From positions 496,001-560,000 of the forward strand of contig OZ025648.1 in the NCBI GenBank assembly GCA_964019335.1: a stretch of 64,000 nt of DNA, read 5' to 3'. Positions 30,986 through 41,046 of the stretch are shown piece by piece (the first letter of the stretch is position 1; each line of letters opens with the position of its first letter). The position numbers and the translations under genes are program-made. The stretch is from Diplonema japonicum (Eukaryota; Protista; Euglenozoa: Diplonemea). The notes under the pieces were generated by a model. That model saw nothing but the letters and a program-made list of their open reading frames with translations, was not told where the DNA came from and ran no database searches.

Positions 30986-31806
30986 CTATTTATTCACGGA
31001 GTTACCTGCAGGAAGCGACCGAAGAATTCCAGTTTCCTCCTACAATTAAAAAAAAATCTTTTTTTAAAATCACCATCACATACCGTATGCATCTCTTTCC
31101 CAGCAACTTCAGTAACAGGCGAACCGTACATCCGTGTGCCCTTGGTGCGTTGCCACCACATAAGAAGCGCTCCTCCGGAAAGGAGCAAACCAGCCGCCAG
31201 CATAATACCGACAAAAATAGGCCAGGGCTTGGTACCAGAAGAGGATGAAGGCCCTGGAGTGGGAGGGAGAGGCGGAGGGGTGGCGGGGGTGGGGGTGGGG
31301 TTACACGATTCCGAAGGGCAAATGAAAACATGACCTTCCAGCTCCAACTGCGCGTCATTGGTGACAGGAACGTTACCAGGAGTCCCTGTCATCGTTAATG
31401 TCCAAGTAATGGCGGTAAAAGGACATTCCCACTCAAGGTTGTCGGCGAGGCAATGACCGAGGTCTGGCCTGTTGAAGGAAGCATTGCACAAGACAACTTC
31501 ACTTTTCTGAGGTCCGTTATGGCACTCTAGGTTAAGGGAAAAGTTCCAACTGTCGGCCGGTCGTTCGTTCACATTCATCAACAAGGTTGGAACGTCAACC
31601 TTCCCTGTGCTGTTCACATCTAATGTCAATGTTTCAACGCATGTTGCATTGGCAGTGCACATGAGGTCAAATGGGTACGACACCTTATGTTTATATTTTT
31701 TTTTTCTTTCTTTTCTTTATTTACATACCACATCCGTTGGGACCGTCAGCTTCTGTGTTGCACCCATGCACCCGCTCAGCATAGCTAATATGAGTATTTT
31801 TTGCAT
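30986..31806 (-). CDS. Type I membrane protein (signal peptide, Cys-containing ectodomain, Pro-rich stalk, single TM); introns 31684-31728 and 31040-31083
   Basis: Exon 1 MQKILILAMLSGCMGA signal peptide splices in frame into ORF 30994..31683; TM segment WPIFVGIMLAAGLLLSGGALLMWW. Confidence 0.75.
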
Positions 31807-32454
31807 TTTTTTTTTTCCAATGAATAAACTAACGAAACCCCTCCCTCCTCCTGATGTTAAGGTGATTAAGGAGAGAAGAAGGTAAAAAAAAAAAAAAAAA
31901 AAAAAAAGAAGATTAGGGGGGGTTTGTACTTGTCGTAAGACGGCTTTTGTTTGGCTTAGGCGCGGTACAGTTGTGCACCCCCCTTTTAGTATTATAAAAC
32001 ACGAAAACGAAAAGATTAAAAGAAAATGAAGAAATAAAAAAAGAAAAAAAAAAAAGAAACAACGTAAACACAAAAATGTCCGGAAGCCCTGGCCAACCGG
32101 ATGATTTTTCTTCCGGTAATTTTTCCTCTTTTACAGTAAATATTTTTTTTTTTTTCCAGACCTAATATTGTAGAAGAATGGACTTCTAAAAAAAAAAAAA
32201 AAAAGGCATTCAAAAAAAAGAAGAAAAAAATACGGGCCCAAGAAAAAAAAAGAGGGGGTGAGAAACCCGTTGTCCCCCCACTTTTTTTTTCTTTCTCCTC
32301 ATTTTTTATTTTTCTTTTATAAAATTCCCATTCCGTTTTCCTGTATCTATTTATACCCCCCCTTTTTTTTAAAAAAAGAATATTGCTTCTCAAGATGGGG
32401 GGGGGGGGGGGGGGGTGGGATGTGTTCATTCCAATAAGCTAAAATATTGGAGGA

Positions 32455-34839
32455 TCACCCGGACACCACCTTGTAGTCAGGTATGAAAGGAGCGTACTCC
32501 TCTTGCAGAGGTGTGTCAGGATCGTGGAAAAGAGATGTTTCAGTAGAAGTATGAGACCAGAAAGAAGCACGCAACGGGTGCGTGGGTGTCCCACGGCCTG
32601 CCGATGGGAGAGGAGGGGGCTCTAAGGGGACGGACACTGTCCGAATTGTCAAAGGAGGGAGCGGAGGGGGTGGCGGCCTCACCGACGTCGCCGTGAAAGG
32701 AATCGGCTTCGGGAACGTCAATAACTCAGCCCGCCGAATCTTTCTCTCTTCAAAGTAAAGACGAATCTCAATGGCAAAGACAAACAGATCGATCAAACAC
32801 TTTGCCTTAATGGAATAGATGGCTACAAGCGTCGCGTAACCAGCGGCAGTGGCTGACCAGTGCTCGCTTGAGTCTTGATGCTGCTTCACAACAACCATAA
32901 TGAGGATGAAGATGTTCAGAAAAGCTTGAAAGACTGCGAAAAACTGTTCCAACCTTGCCAGCAGCGGTGTTAAAAACAACAGCAGCCCAACGTGGAGAGA
33001 GCTGACAAGAAGCATGCACCATGTCCTCCACCTGCACCCTTGCATTGCAGTCGGCTGCACAGCTTCAATGGCCCCCATTACCACGGAAACGCATAACTCG
33101 AAAACGAGGAACCAGCATGCACGGTGCTCGTAGTCCTCGAACATCAAGCGGTACCTGTCTATGAAGGTGGGGTCGGGGGACACCCATTCCTTGTCCCCAA
33201 GGAGGAAGGACTGCATGGGTGTCTGCCCGTCGACAGGCTCGATGCGCACCTTGAAATACTGCGAGAAGATGAAGTATGCAATCCCGCAGATGGGCGCCAC
33301 GACAAGCAGCCCGTAGATGCCCAGCACCAGCACTTTTGCCCCCACGCTGTTGTGGTATATCACCACCGACATCATTGTCACCGTCACTCCCGGTGTCATG
33401 AACACCAGCCCCGGTACCAGGTAGTGCGGGAACCCTGCCCACGCTGCCGACACCTGCACGTTGCTGCTCCTTATGGTGCCGACCTGTTGTGTGTCGGTGA
33501 GGTACACTGCAAAGCACGACGACCGCAAGACATAGAAGACCAGTACCCCGATGAAGAGGAGCAGCAGCGTTGTGCCCGTCATGATGAGCAGCCCCCCCAC
33601 TACAGCCGAGACGTGGCGGCCCAGCCGTACATCGCCCATTGCCACGTCTGGGAAGTTCACCAGCAGCAGCGGGTGGTGCGTCCAGTCCACCTCGAAGAGG
33701 TCCTCGGTGGGGCATTCAAACGCAGACGCCACCAACATCAACCGCGGGAGATTTCCCACAGCAGCAGCAGACCCCACAGCAGCAGCAGAGGATACGATGG
33801 CGGCGGCAGCGGCCGCCTCGTTCCCCTTATCGCGCACCGACGACTCCGGAAGGTACAGGTGGTCGGGCACGATGACAAAGCTGGCCAGGAGCCCTGTCAC
33901 ACCCTTGTCAACCACGGCCACAGACACCTTCTCCCTTGTGTAAGTGGTCAGCCCGCTGTAGGGCCCTACATTGAGTTCGATCGTACTACTGTTGACATTG
34001 GCGGCTGTCACGACGCCTGGCAAGCTGGCCTCGAACCCCTTTGGCTCCCTGTCCGAAGACACGTTCGAGCTGAAGGACAGGGTGGGCACAGTGACACCAG
34101 GGAAGATCCCGTCAAGGACGAACACCAGACCTGGCGAACGGAGGGCCGCAGCAGTTGCCTGTAAGGAAGCAACAGCAGTGCGTGGCTCGGTGTTGATAAA
34201 AAGCGCGATGCTTGTAGCAGTGATGGCCTGAGAGGGCGAAGCAGTGACCTCTGGCGGAGGGGGTGAACTGCTCTGGTTGAGAACCACCATCGGGACGATG
34301 AGCACACAACACAGCAAACAGAACAAAACAAGCAGGATAAGCAGTTGCTTTTTGGTAGGACGGCACCCACACGAGGCAGAGGAAGACGACCCCGAAGATG
34401 AAGAGGGTGACACTTCTGAAGGTTCAGGTGCAGGCTCAAAAGAAGGGAGGGGTATGGGCAACACTGCAGGGGGTGCTTCCACGGTTCTTGGAGGGAGTTG
34501 AGGGGGTAACGCAACAGGTGGGGCAGTAACCGGTTGGTCTTTCTTCTCAGGTTGCTTAGGTGGTGCAGTTTTTTTGTTGGTTTTATTTTTACGTTTGGGT
34601 TCGGCCTTCTTTTTGATTGGCTTCCTCCCTCTGGGGGGTGGTAGTTGCTCATCTTCGTCACTGAATAGACCGCTCATCTTACCCACGAAGGTGCCGCCCC
34701 CTGTGGGCGCACCATCTAGCGCGTGGTTCCCCTCCTCGTTTGCTCTTCTCTCTGCTTCTTCGATTGCAGAAACTTGTTGGGTGACGTTGCCATTGCGCTG
34801 CCTTCTGAGGTTTCGCAAAGACCCTTTGATAGTGTGCAT
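32455..34839 (-). CDS. Multi-pass membrane protein (794 aa) with C-terminal ~7-TM region
   Basis: Long ORF; Pro-rich N-terminus, one TM, ectodomain, then a multi-TM block with FIDRYRLMFEDY...WFLVFEL. This resembles expanded euglenozoan membrane families (inference). Confidence 0.85.
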   Translation of the reverse strand: MHTIKGSLRNLRRQRNGNVTQQVSAIEEAERRANEEGNHALDGAPTGGGTFVGKMSGLFSDEDEQLPPPRGRKPIKKKAEPKRKNKTNKKTAPPKQPEKKDQPVTAPPVALPPQLPPRTVEAPPAVLPIPLPSFEPAPEPSEVSPSSSSGSSSSASCGCRPTKKQLLILLVLFCLLCCVLIVPMVVLNQSSSPPPPEVTASPSQAITATSIALFINTEPRTAVASLQATAAALRSPGLVFVLDGIFPGVTVPTLSFSSNVSSDREPKGFEASLPGVVTAANVNSSTIELNVGPYSGLTTYTREKVSVAVVDKGVTGLLASFVIVPDHLYLPESSVRDKGNEAAAAAAIVSSAAAVGSAAAVGNLPRLMLVASAFECPTEDLFEVDWTHHPLLLVNFPDVAMGDVRLGRHVSAVVGGLLIMTGTTLLLLFIGVLVFYVLRSSCFAVYLTDTQQVGTIRSSNVQVSAAWAGFPHYLVPGLVFMTPGVTVTMMSVVIYHNSVGAKVLVLGIYGLLVVAPICGIAYFIFSQYFKVRIEPVDGQTPMQSFLLGDKEWVSPDPTFIDRYRLMFEDYEHRACWFLVFELCVSVVMGAIEAVQPTAMQGCRWRTWCMLLVSSLHVGLLLFLTPLLARLEQFFAVFQAFLNIFILIMVVVKQHQDSSEHWSATAAGYATLVAIYSIKAKCLIDLFVFAIEIRLYFEERKIRRAELLTFPKPIPFTATSVRPPPPPLPPLTIRTVSVPLEPPPLPSAGRGTPTHPLRASFWSHTSTETSLFHDPDTPLQEEYAPFIPDYKVVSG

Positions 34840-36286
34840 TAGAAAGTCTTATTTTATTTTGTTAGCTCCCGCATTTTTTTTTTCTCCTTTGCCACCACCT
34901 TTTTTTCCTTATTTCCAAAAGCTTCAGGGAAACAAAAACAAAACAAAAAAACAAAACAAAAAAAAAAAAGCTAAATAAATAACAAGTGAGATATAAAGAA
35001 AAAAAAAATGAAAGAAAAAGAATGGAAAATGGAAATGAAGCAGGGGAGGGGGGATGGGGAGGAAGTCTGTTTTTTTTTTTTTTTTTTTCCTTTCTTTTTT
35101 TTTTTTTCAAAACTTTTTCTCTTTATTGGTGGTGAAAGATTAAGGGAGTCAAAACGTGGAGGGGAGGGTTTGCGGGTGGAAAGGAGTAAGGTACTAGATG
35201 AATATGTTTGGAGCAGTTTTGGGTTCCCCCTCCCTCACTCCTCTTTTTTTTTTATGACATTTTTTTTTTAATTTATTTCCACGAAATATAAACAAAAGAA
35301 AAATTGGGGGAAATATAAACATCAGGGGGGGGGGAGTAATTTCTTTTCTTAATTTGCTTTGGTTTTCCTCTTTTTTTTCCTCTTTTTTTTTCCCTGCAAC
35401 CTTCCGCTCGCTCATGACTCACATTTTTTTTTCTTTTCAATTCCTTCTTTCAACAAAAGAGGAAATTTCACACCACAGTAAATAAATTTAAGGCTTTCTC
35501 AATTATGACCCCCAAGCCTTTTCCGTTTTACAAATTTTGATTTAAAAAAAAGCAGGGGGGGCTCGAGGGAAAACTGGAAGAAAAATAAAAAATACCCCAG
35601 TTCCCTTTCCCCCTTTATGCACATTTAATTTTTTTTTCGTTGGCTGGAAGAAAAAAGCATTAAAAAAAGGTGGGGGGGGGAATGTTAAAATTAAAAAATG
35701 CTCATTTAATGGTTACGAAATGTTATGGCTGAGCACAGGGTAGTGTGTGGAAAAGAAAGGGGGGGGGGGGGAGCTGGCCTTAAATCTAGGCCAGCATTCA
35801 CCCTTTTAGCAAGTCAACTCCACATTCTTGCAGAAAAAGTAAAGGGGGGGGGGGGTTTTAAATGAACGGAGTAAGAACAAGAAGAATAAGAGAAAAAAAA
35901 TATGCTATTCACACTTCTCTCTTTCTTCTTTTTTTTGTTTTCGTTTTTTTTTTTTTTTTTTCTCTCCTTGGAAAAAATCTAATTAGAAATCTTTTTTTTT
36001 AAAGATGAAAAATATAATAAAAAAAAATTGGCGTTCAGAGCCGACCCCGCGTAAGGGGAAGGCAAAAAAAAAAAAAAAAAAAAAAAAGAAAAGAAAAAAA
36101 AAGAAAGAAACTATTAACGACAAAAAAAAGGGGGAGGGGGCGGGTGGGTGAGGTGAAGAGTATGAGGGAGGGAGAAGGGCTAAAACAAAAAAAGAAAAGA
36201 AAAAAGAAAAGGAGTTCAAAAATCCCCCAATGATGAATTAGAAATGAAAAAAAGGGGGGGGGGGCGAGGAAACAAAAAAGGTGATA

Positions 36287-36342
36287 AGGACCACCCTTAG
36301 GGGTCCATCTCTTGATTCTCCTTTCTGGTGGATCTCGCTGTC
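36287..36342 (-). repeat. Dispersed repeat homologous to 2871-2922
   Basis: AGGACCACCCTTAGGGGTCCATCTCTTGAT vs AGGACCACCCTTAGTGGTCTATCTTTTGAT (27/30 identical), extending about 55 bp with gaps. Confidence 0.7.
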
Positions 36343-36700
36343 CACTCTCAGGCATCTGCGTATCGTGGCTTCAAGTCAAGGGCTAACTCCACGGCCTGTC
36401 ACTTTCCACCCAGTCTATTCCTCCGTCTTCACCTTCTAAGAGGTGCCATCTGTGTAGAGGTATTGATTACTGACATGCCCCTCGACCAGGGCTGACACCA
36501 ACTTTATGCAGGAAAAAAAAAAAACAAAAAAAAAAAAAAAAAACCAATTTTTCCCCATTCTCCCACCTCTCTCTTTCTCCGTGCTCCGCCTTGCGCAACA
36601 AAAAAAAAAACCGAAAAAAAAAAAAGATAGAGAAGGATTTTTCTTTTTTTAAAAAAATTTTATTAAGCTGACGCAACAAAAATAAATAAAAAAGGTTTGC

Positions 36701-36736
<36 letters not shown>

Positions 36737-36740
36737 TATA

Positions 36741-38365
36741 CTGTAAAACGAATAATGTCGGACGGAAAAATTCTCGGACGGAAAAACTCCCGGACACCAA
36801 AAAAACCCGGACATTTTTCCGTCCGGGAGTTTTTCTGGGAAGAAGTTTTTTTACTTAAGGGGGGTAGCAGCTCCCACCACGTTTGCCTGGAAGGGCTTTA
36901 TTCCTTGTGCAGAGCCAAAATGTCACCCTGCGTGGCAGTTTGAATTTTTCTTCCCCTTTCAATGCACCAACAAACAGCACCCACGGGATCTTTAACTTCT
37001 CATAAACCCGTACTTCTTTCGTCAGATTGACCAGTTCGACTACCCAAGGCACGTTGAGCAGCTGGCTTGTGAGGGGCCCAACTTTGGTGCTGACACCCCC
37101 GGCCAGCTCACCCCCGAGATAAACTCCTTACACCGGGCCAGTACAAACCCCCGAAAGCAGCTTGGCGGCCTCTGCCTCGGTCAGAAGACGGCAGCAACAG
37201 GTTCAACAGAGCCCCCGGTTTCTTCCAGACGGAAATACTGGACGTTGCTATTCCACCCTACCACACCCTGGCCGCCGCGACGCCGTGATAGCTGCGTATC
37301 GCCCAATACGGGATTTAGCATCCTTCGGGGGCTGAAAGATTTTTGCTTGAGTCAATAGGTAAACGGGCTTGGTGAGCCTATCCCAGCACAACAAATATGC
37401 ACCTATGCAGAAGGGCTGCTGTGCGCCAATCCAGCCCGAAAGACAGACGTGGTAGACTTTGGTGGGACACTGTCCTCTTCCACTGGCTAGGCTGACAAAA
37501 TTTTGCAGCAAGAAAGACAAAAGCCGCAAGCCACCTCCGGAAAGCCCGGAAACGAGAAGGACAACGAGAAGGTACGCTGTTTCACCATGGAATTCAGGTC
37601 CATAATCGACACCCATAAAGTAAGGCCGGAATTGGTCTGGAATACGGGGTTAAAAACCAAAACAAAAAGGGGTGCTAAGGTCGTAAAAGTCCGTGGCTTG
37701 GGGGACAAAACGGGCTATAACCGAACAGCTGGCTGTTTCCTTGGCTGGATGGTTAAATACAAAGGCAAAGCGGAAACGCAACCGGCAGGGATTATCCGTG
37801 CCCCGGTCAAGCACCCGCCCACCGAATGGAGCCTAACGGCATCGCCCAATCATTGGGCTAATTATGATACTCGGTATCTGGGTTACGGAGCTGTTTCTTC
37901 CTTTTTGCTATAAATCATCGATTCCCATGGTTTTGCCGAACGGGCCGATTCTGCTGCTTGTCGGACAACTCTCATACGACCTATGCCTATGGGTTCGTAG
38001 AGTGGTTCGCAGGCGCAAACGTGCACATTGCTTTTGTCCCCCTGGGCTCACCTACATGGTTCAACCGATGGATATTGGGTTGAACGCAGCTGTAAAGCAT
38101 CTATTAAGAAAGGTAGTAGGCCACACGAAGGCTCGACAAGCTGATTGCCTCAGGGGCAGCAAGGGAGGACAAAGATGCAGAACGGGAACCCTGGGGGTTT
38201 CTTCGCGCGGTTGCCGTTTGCAGCCCAGGCCAGTATGTAGGTACCAGGCCCCCTGACGGCCTTACCTAAAAAAAATTCCCGGACGGAAAAACTCCCGGAC
38301 GGAAAAATTCCCGGACGCCAAAAAAACTCGGACATTTTTCCGTCCGGGAGTTTTTCGTTTTACAG
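36741..38365 (+). mobile_element. Degenerate pogo/Tigger-like (Tc1-mariner superfamily) DNA transposon, 1625 bp
   Basis: TA|CTGTAAAACGAA ... TTCGTTTTACAG|TA (12-bp TIR, TA TSD); plus-strand remnant CPPGLTYMVQPMDIGLNAAVK matches the pogo DDE_1 PPxxTxxxQPxDxG motif. Confidence 0.88.
37503..38130 (+). pseudogene. Frameshifted DDE_1 (pogo) transposase remnant
   Basis: Fragments GNEKDNEKVRCFT, PILLLV and QPMDIGLNAAVK are spread over different frames. Confidence 0.75.
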
Positions 38366-38424
38366 TATTCTTTTTTTTTGCGCTCACCACCGGAAAAAAA
38401 AAAAAGAGAAATAATGCTCACTTT

Positions 38425-39301
38425 TCAAGCCGACATAGGATCAATATGACGCGCCCTGTATTTCCCCCTTTTTTTTTCCCCCGCCTCCATCCCACATACG
38501 GATAGTGATGGTTGTAGTCCGAAACATCGGCAAGGTTGCCGGGGGACCCACCATTGGTGCGCGGAAGGCTCTCGGCCAAACGGTCGACCCTAGCAATGAT
38601 ATGCTTCCCGTAGGTGAACCTCCTCAGCATGGGGGCGTGGGGTCTGATGTGGTTGATGATCGCAGCACGCTGAGCGTTGTCAGAAAGGTCTAAAAGCTTC
38701 TGCACCACATAATTCGCAAACTGGTCCTTGACCATGCAAAGAAGAGCACTGTGTCCTTCTGGCGAACACACCGTCATCAGCTCGTTCAAAAAGGTGTACC
38801 GCTCGTCCGTGGTCCCGTACTGAAACAGTTTTTCAACAACATTTGAAGCAAACTTGTGTCTCGACAGGTCCATCAGCTTTCCCTGCAGATTAGAAGCTAC
38901 CGCGATCCTATATTTTTCATTTCCATGTATAAGGAGGTCCTGCACGACATAGTTCCCGTACTGGTCTTTGACAAGCATCGAGACGTGTGACAGAATCTCG
39001 TTCAAAATCGGAAGAACTTCTGCAGTTTCCTTGCAGTGTTCCAGCAGCCGCTGTATCACCCTGCACCCATATGCGTGGGTAGCGAGGTGGTGCACGTTTC
39101 CGTTAAAGGCATTTACAATAAACCCAACCTGTCCTGGCATTGTCTCAATGCACTTTTGTATCACGTGGTTCCCGTTTTGATCCTGCACGCATCGCGGTAC
39201 ACTGTTCTTCAGCTCATCTGCTACCATCTCTTTGAAGCTCATTGGAAGGACCTCGAGAGCTTTCTGGACGACTCTGCACCCGTAGGTCTGTGGTGTGTGT
39301 G

Positions 39302-39346
<45 letters not shown>

Positions 39347-40619
39347 TTTTTTTTTATACCTGTAAGCTGAGCTCTAAAATATGTCCGCTGAAGCCGCCGC
39401 TCATACGCGTGACTTGGTTGGGGTGGCCGTGTTCCAGCAGTTTCTGCACAACATAGTTGCCGAAGACGTCCACAGTCAGATCGATCATGTTGGGAGTCAC
39501 CTCGTCAAGGAGCATCGACATCTCCGCCTCTGTTATGCCCATCGATATCTGTTTCTGTATGAACCGCGACCCCTCTTGGTCCCTGCTGAACTCCACAACC
39601 CGACCCTTTAGATCATTCTGTTTTTTTGGGGGGTTTTCTTTAATTTTTTAAAGTCACACCAACTCCATAATCCTTGCCAAGCCGTCCCCTTCCGACCGCT
39701 GATTTTGCTGTTGTTGTTGTTGTTGTTGTGGCTGCTGTTGTTGCGGTTGTTGTTGTGGCGGCTGTTGTGGCTGCTGTTGCTGGGGTTGCATTCTCTGTTG
39801 GATATGCCTCGCCTCGTATTGCTGTTGCTGGTACACGTCTCGTTCGTGCATGTACTCATAGCCGGGAGCGGGGTGCTGCTGGTACTCCTCATCGCCCATG
39901 CGCACGTACCCAACAAGGTGCCCATTGTCCCACACAGGGTAGACCGAGTTCTGGTAGTGCGACGGGTCGGTTTGCTGTTGCTGTTGCAACGCTTGCAAAT
40001 GTTGGAGGTGCAGCTGTTGATGGTGGTGGTGGAGAAGATCCTCTTGCGAAACGTAAGGCGGGTAGTGTGGGTGCATCTCATACAAGGCCGCTTCATCCTG
40101 TGGGTGCTGTGGCAGCGGGGGGTTATCGGAAGGCAGCGTTTGGCTAGGTGCATTCTTGGGAGGTGAGTTCAAAGCATCCTGCAGATGAGCGGGAATATTT
40201 GTTCCGGGAAGTAAGACAATGGACTGTGTACCTTGCGTAGCACCACCTGTTGCTTGCGGTGAGTCGAACGCATTTGTCTGTGCTGTTGGAGTAGCAGCCC
40301 GTTGTTGCTTGCCAGATGCGACATTGAGTTCCCCTGCCGCTAAAAGGTCAGCGCTCAAGGGACGTGGGACCGCTCTTCCTGCTGATTGAGGAGTTCCCAC
40401 TACTGCATGTGTTTCCGGAGTTGGGGGTGCTACGTTCACCCCAACTGTCCAGCCGTCCTCACCCTGTCCTGGCAATATGCTTAACGGTGTGGACGGCTGT
40501 GCCCCTGCCTTCACAGGCTCCGCCGCAGGTGACTCTAACTGTATATTCTTTATTAAGTTCTGTATCATTTGATTCTCATGTTCCTGATCATTGCTCCCCC
40601 CTTGCGACTCTGCACCCAT
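38425..40619 (-). CDS. Pumilio/PUF RNA-binding protein, Q-rich N-terminus + 8 Pum repeats; introns 39618-39659, 39288-39359, probably 38456-38499
   Basis: Repeat recognition motifs SRFIQ, NYVVQ, CRVVQ, NHVIQ, CRVIQ, NYVVQ, SNVVE, NYVVQ, then YGKHII; three ORFs join in frame via GT-AG introns. The last exon is less certain. Confidence 0.93.
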
Positions 40620-41010
40620 TTTCTTCTTGTGCTTAATTTTTCCGGAGGGCCCGTTTTTTTTTTTTTTTTTTTGTTTCTTTTTTTTTTTTTTTTTTTTCTT
40701 TTTTTTTTTCCCTCCTTACTTTTTTTTTCTTCTTCTTCTTTTTTTTTTCCCCTCCTGGTCATGAGTTTTCCACACGTAAAAAGAATTTAAAAAAAAAAAA
40801 AAAAAGCAACAAGAAACGAACTTACGTCTCACATCTCTAAAAACCCAACTGGGTTTTTTTTTTCCAAAGGGAAACCTCTTATAACCCACTCCCTTCGAGC
40901 AAGTGTTCAGGATCAACAGGTTTTAGATAAGGGGCGTCTAACTTGATAAAAGAGAAAATAACGACCAACCCTCCCCCATCGCTTGTAAAAACGAAAGAGA
41001 GGAGCGGGGG

Positions 41011-41042
<32 letters not shown>

Positions 41043-41046
<4 letters not shown>

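Noticed and set aside
33124-34164. Long plus-strand ORFs opposite real genes (also 61110-62129, 54093-54791, 4138-4902)
   Set aside because: Antisense shadows of GC-rich coding sequence with no protein motifs.
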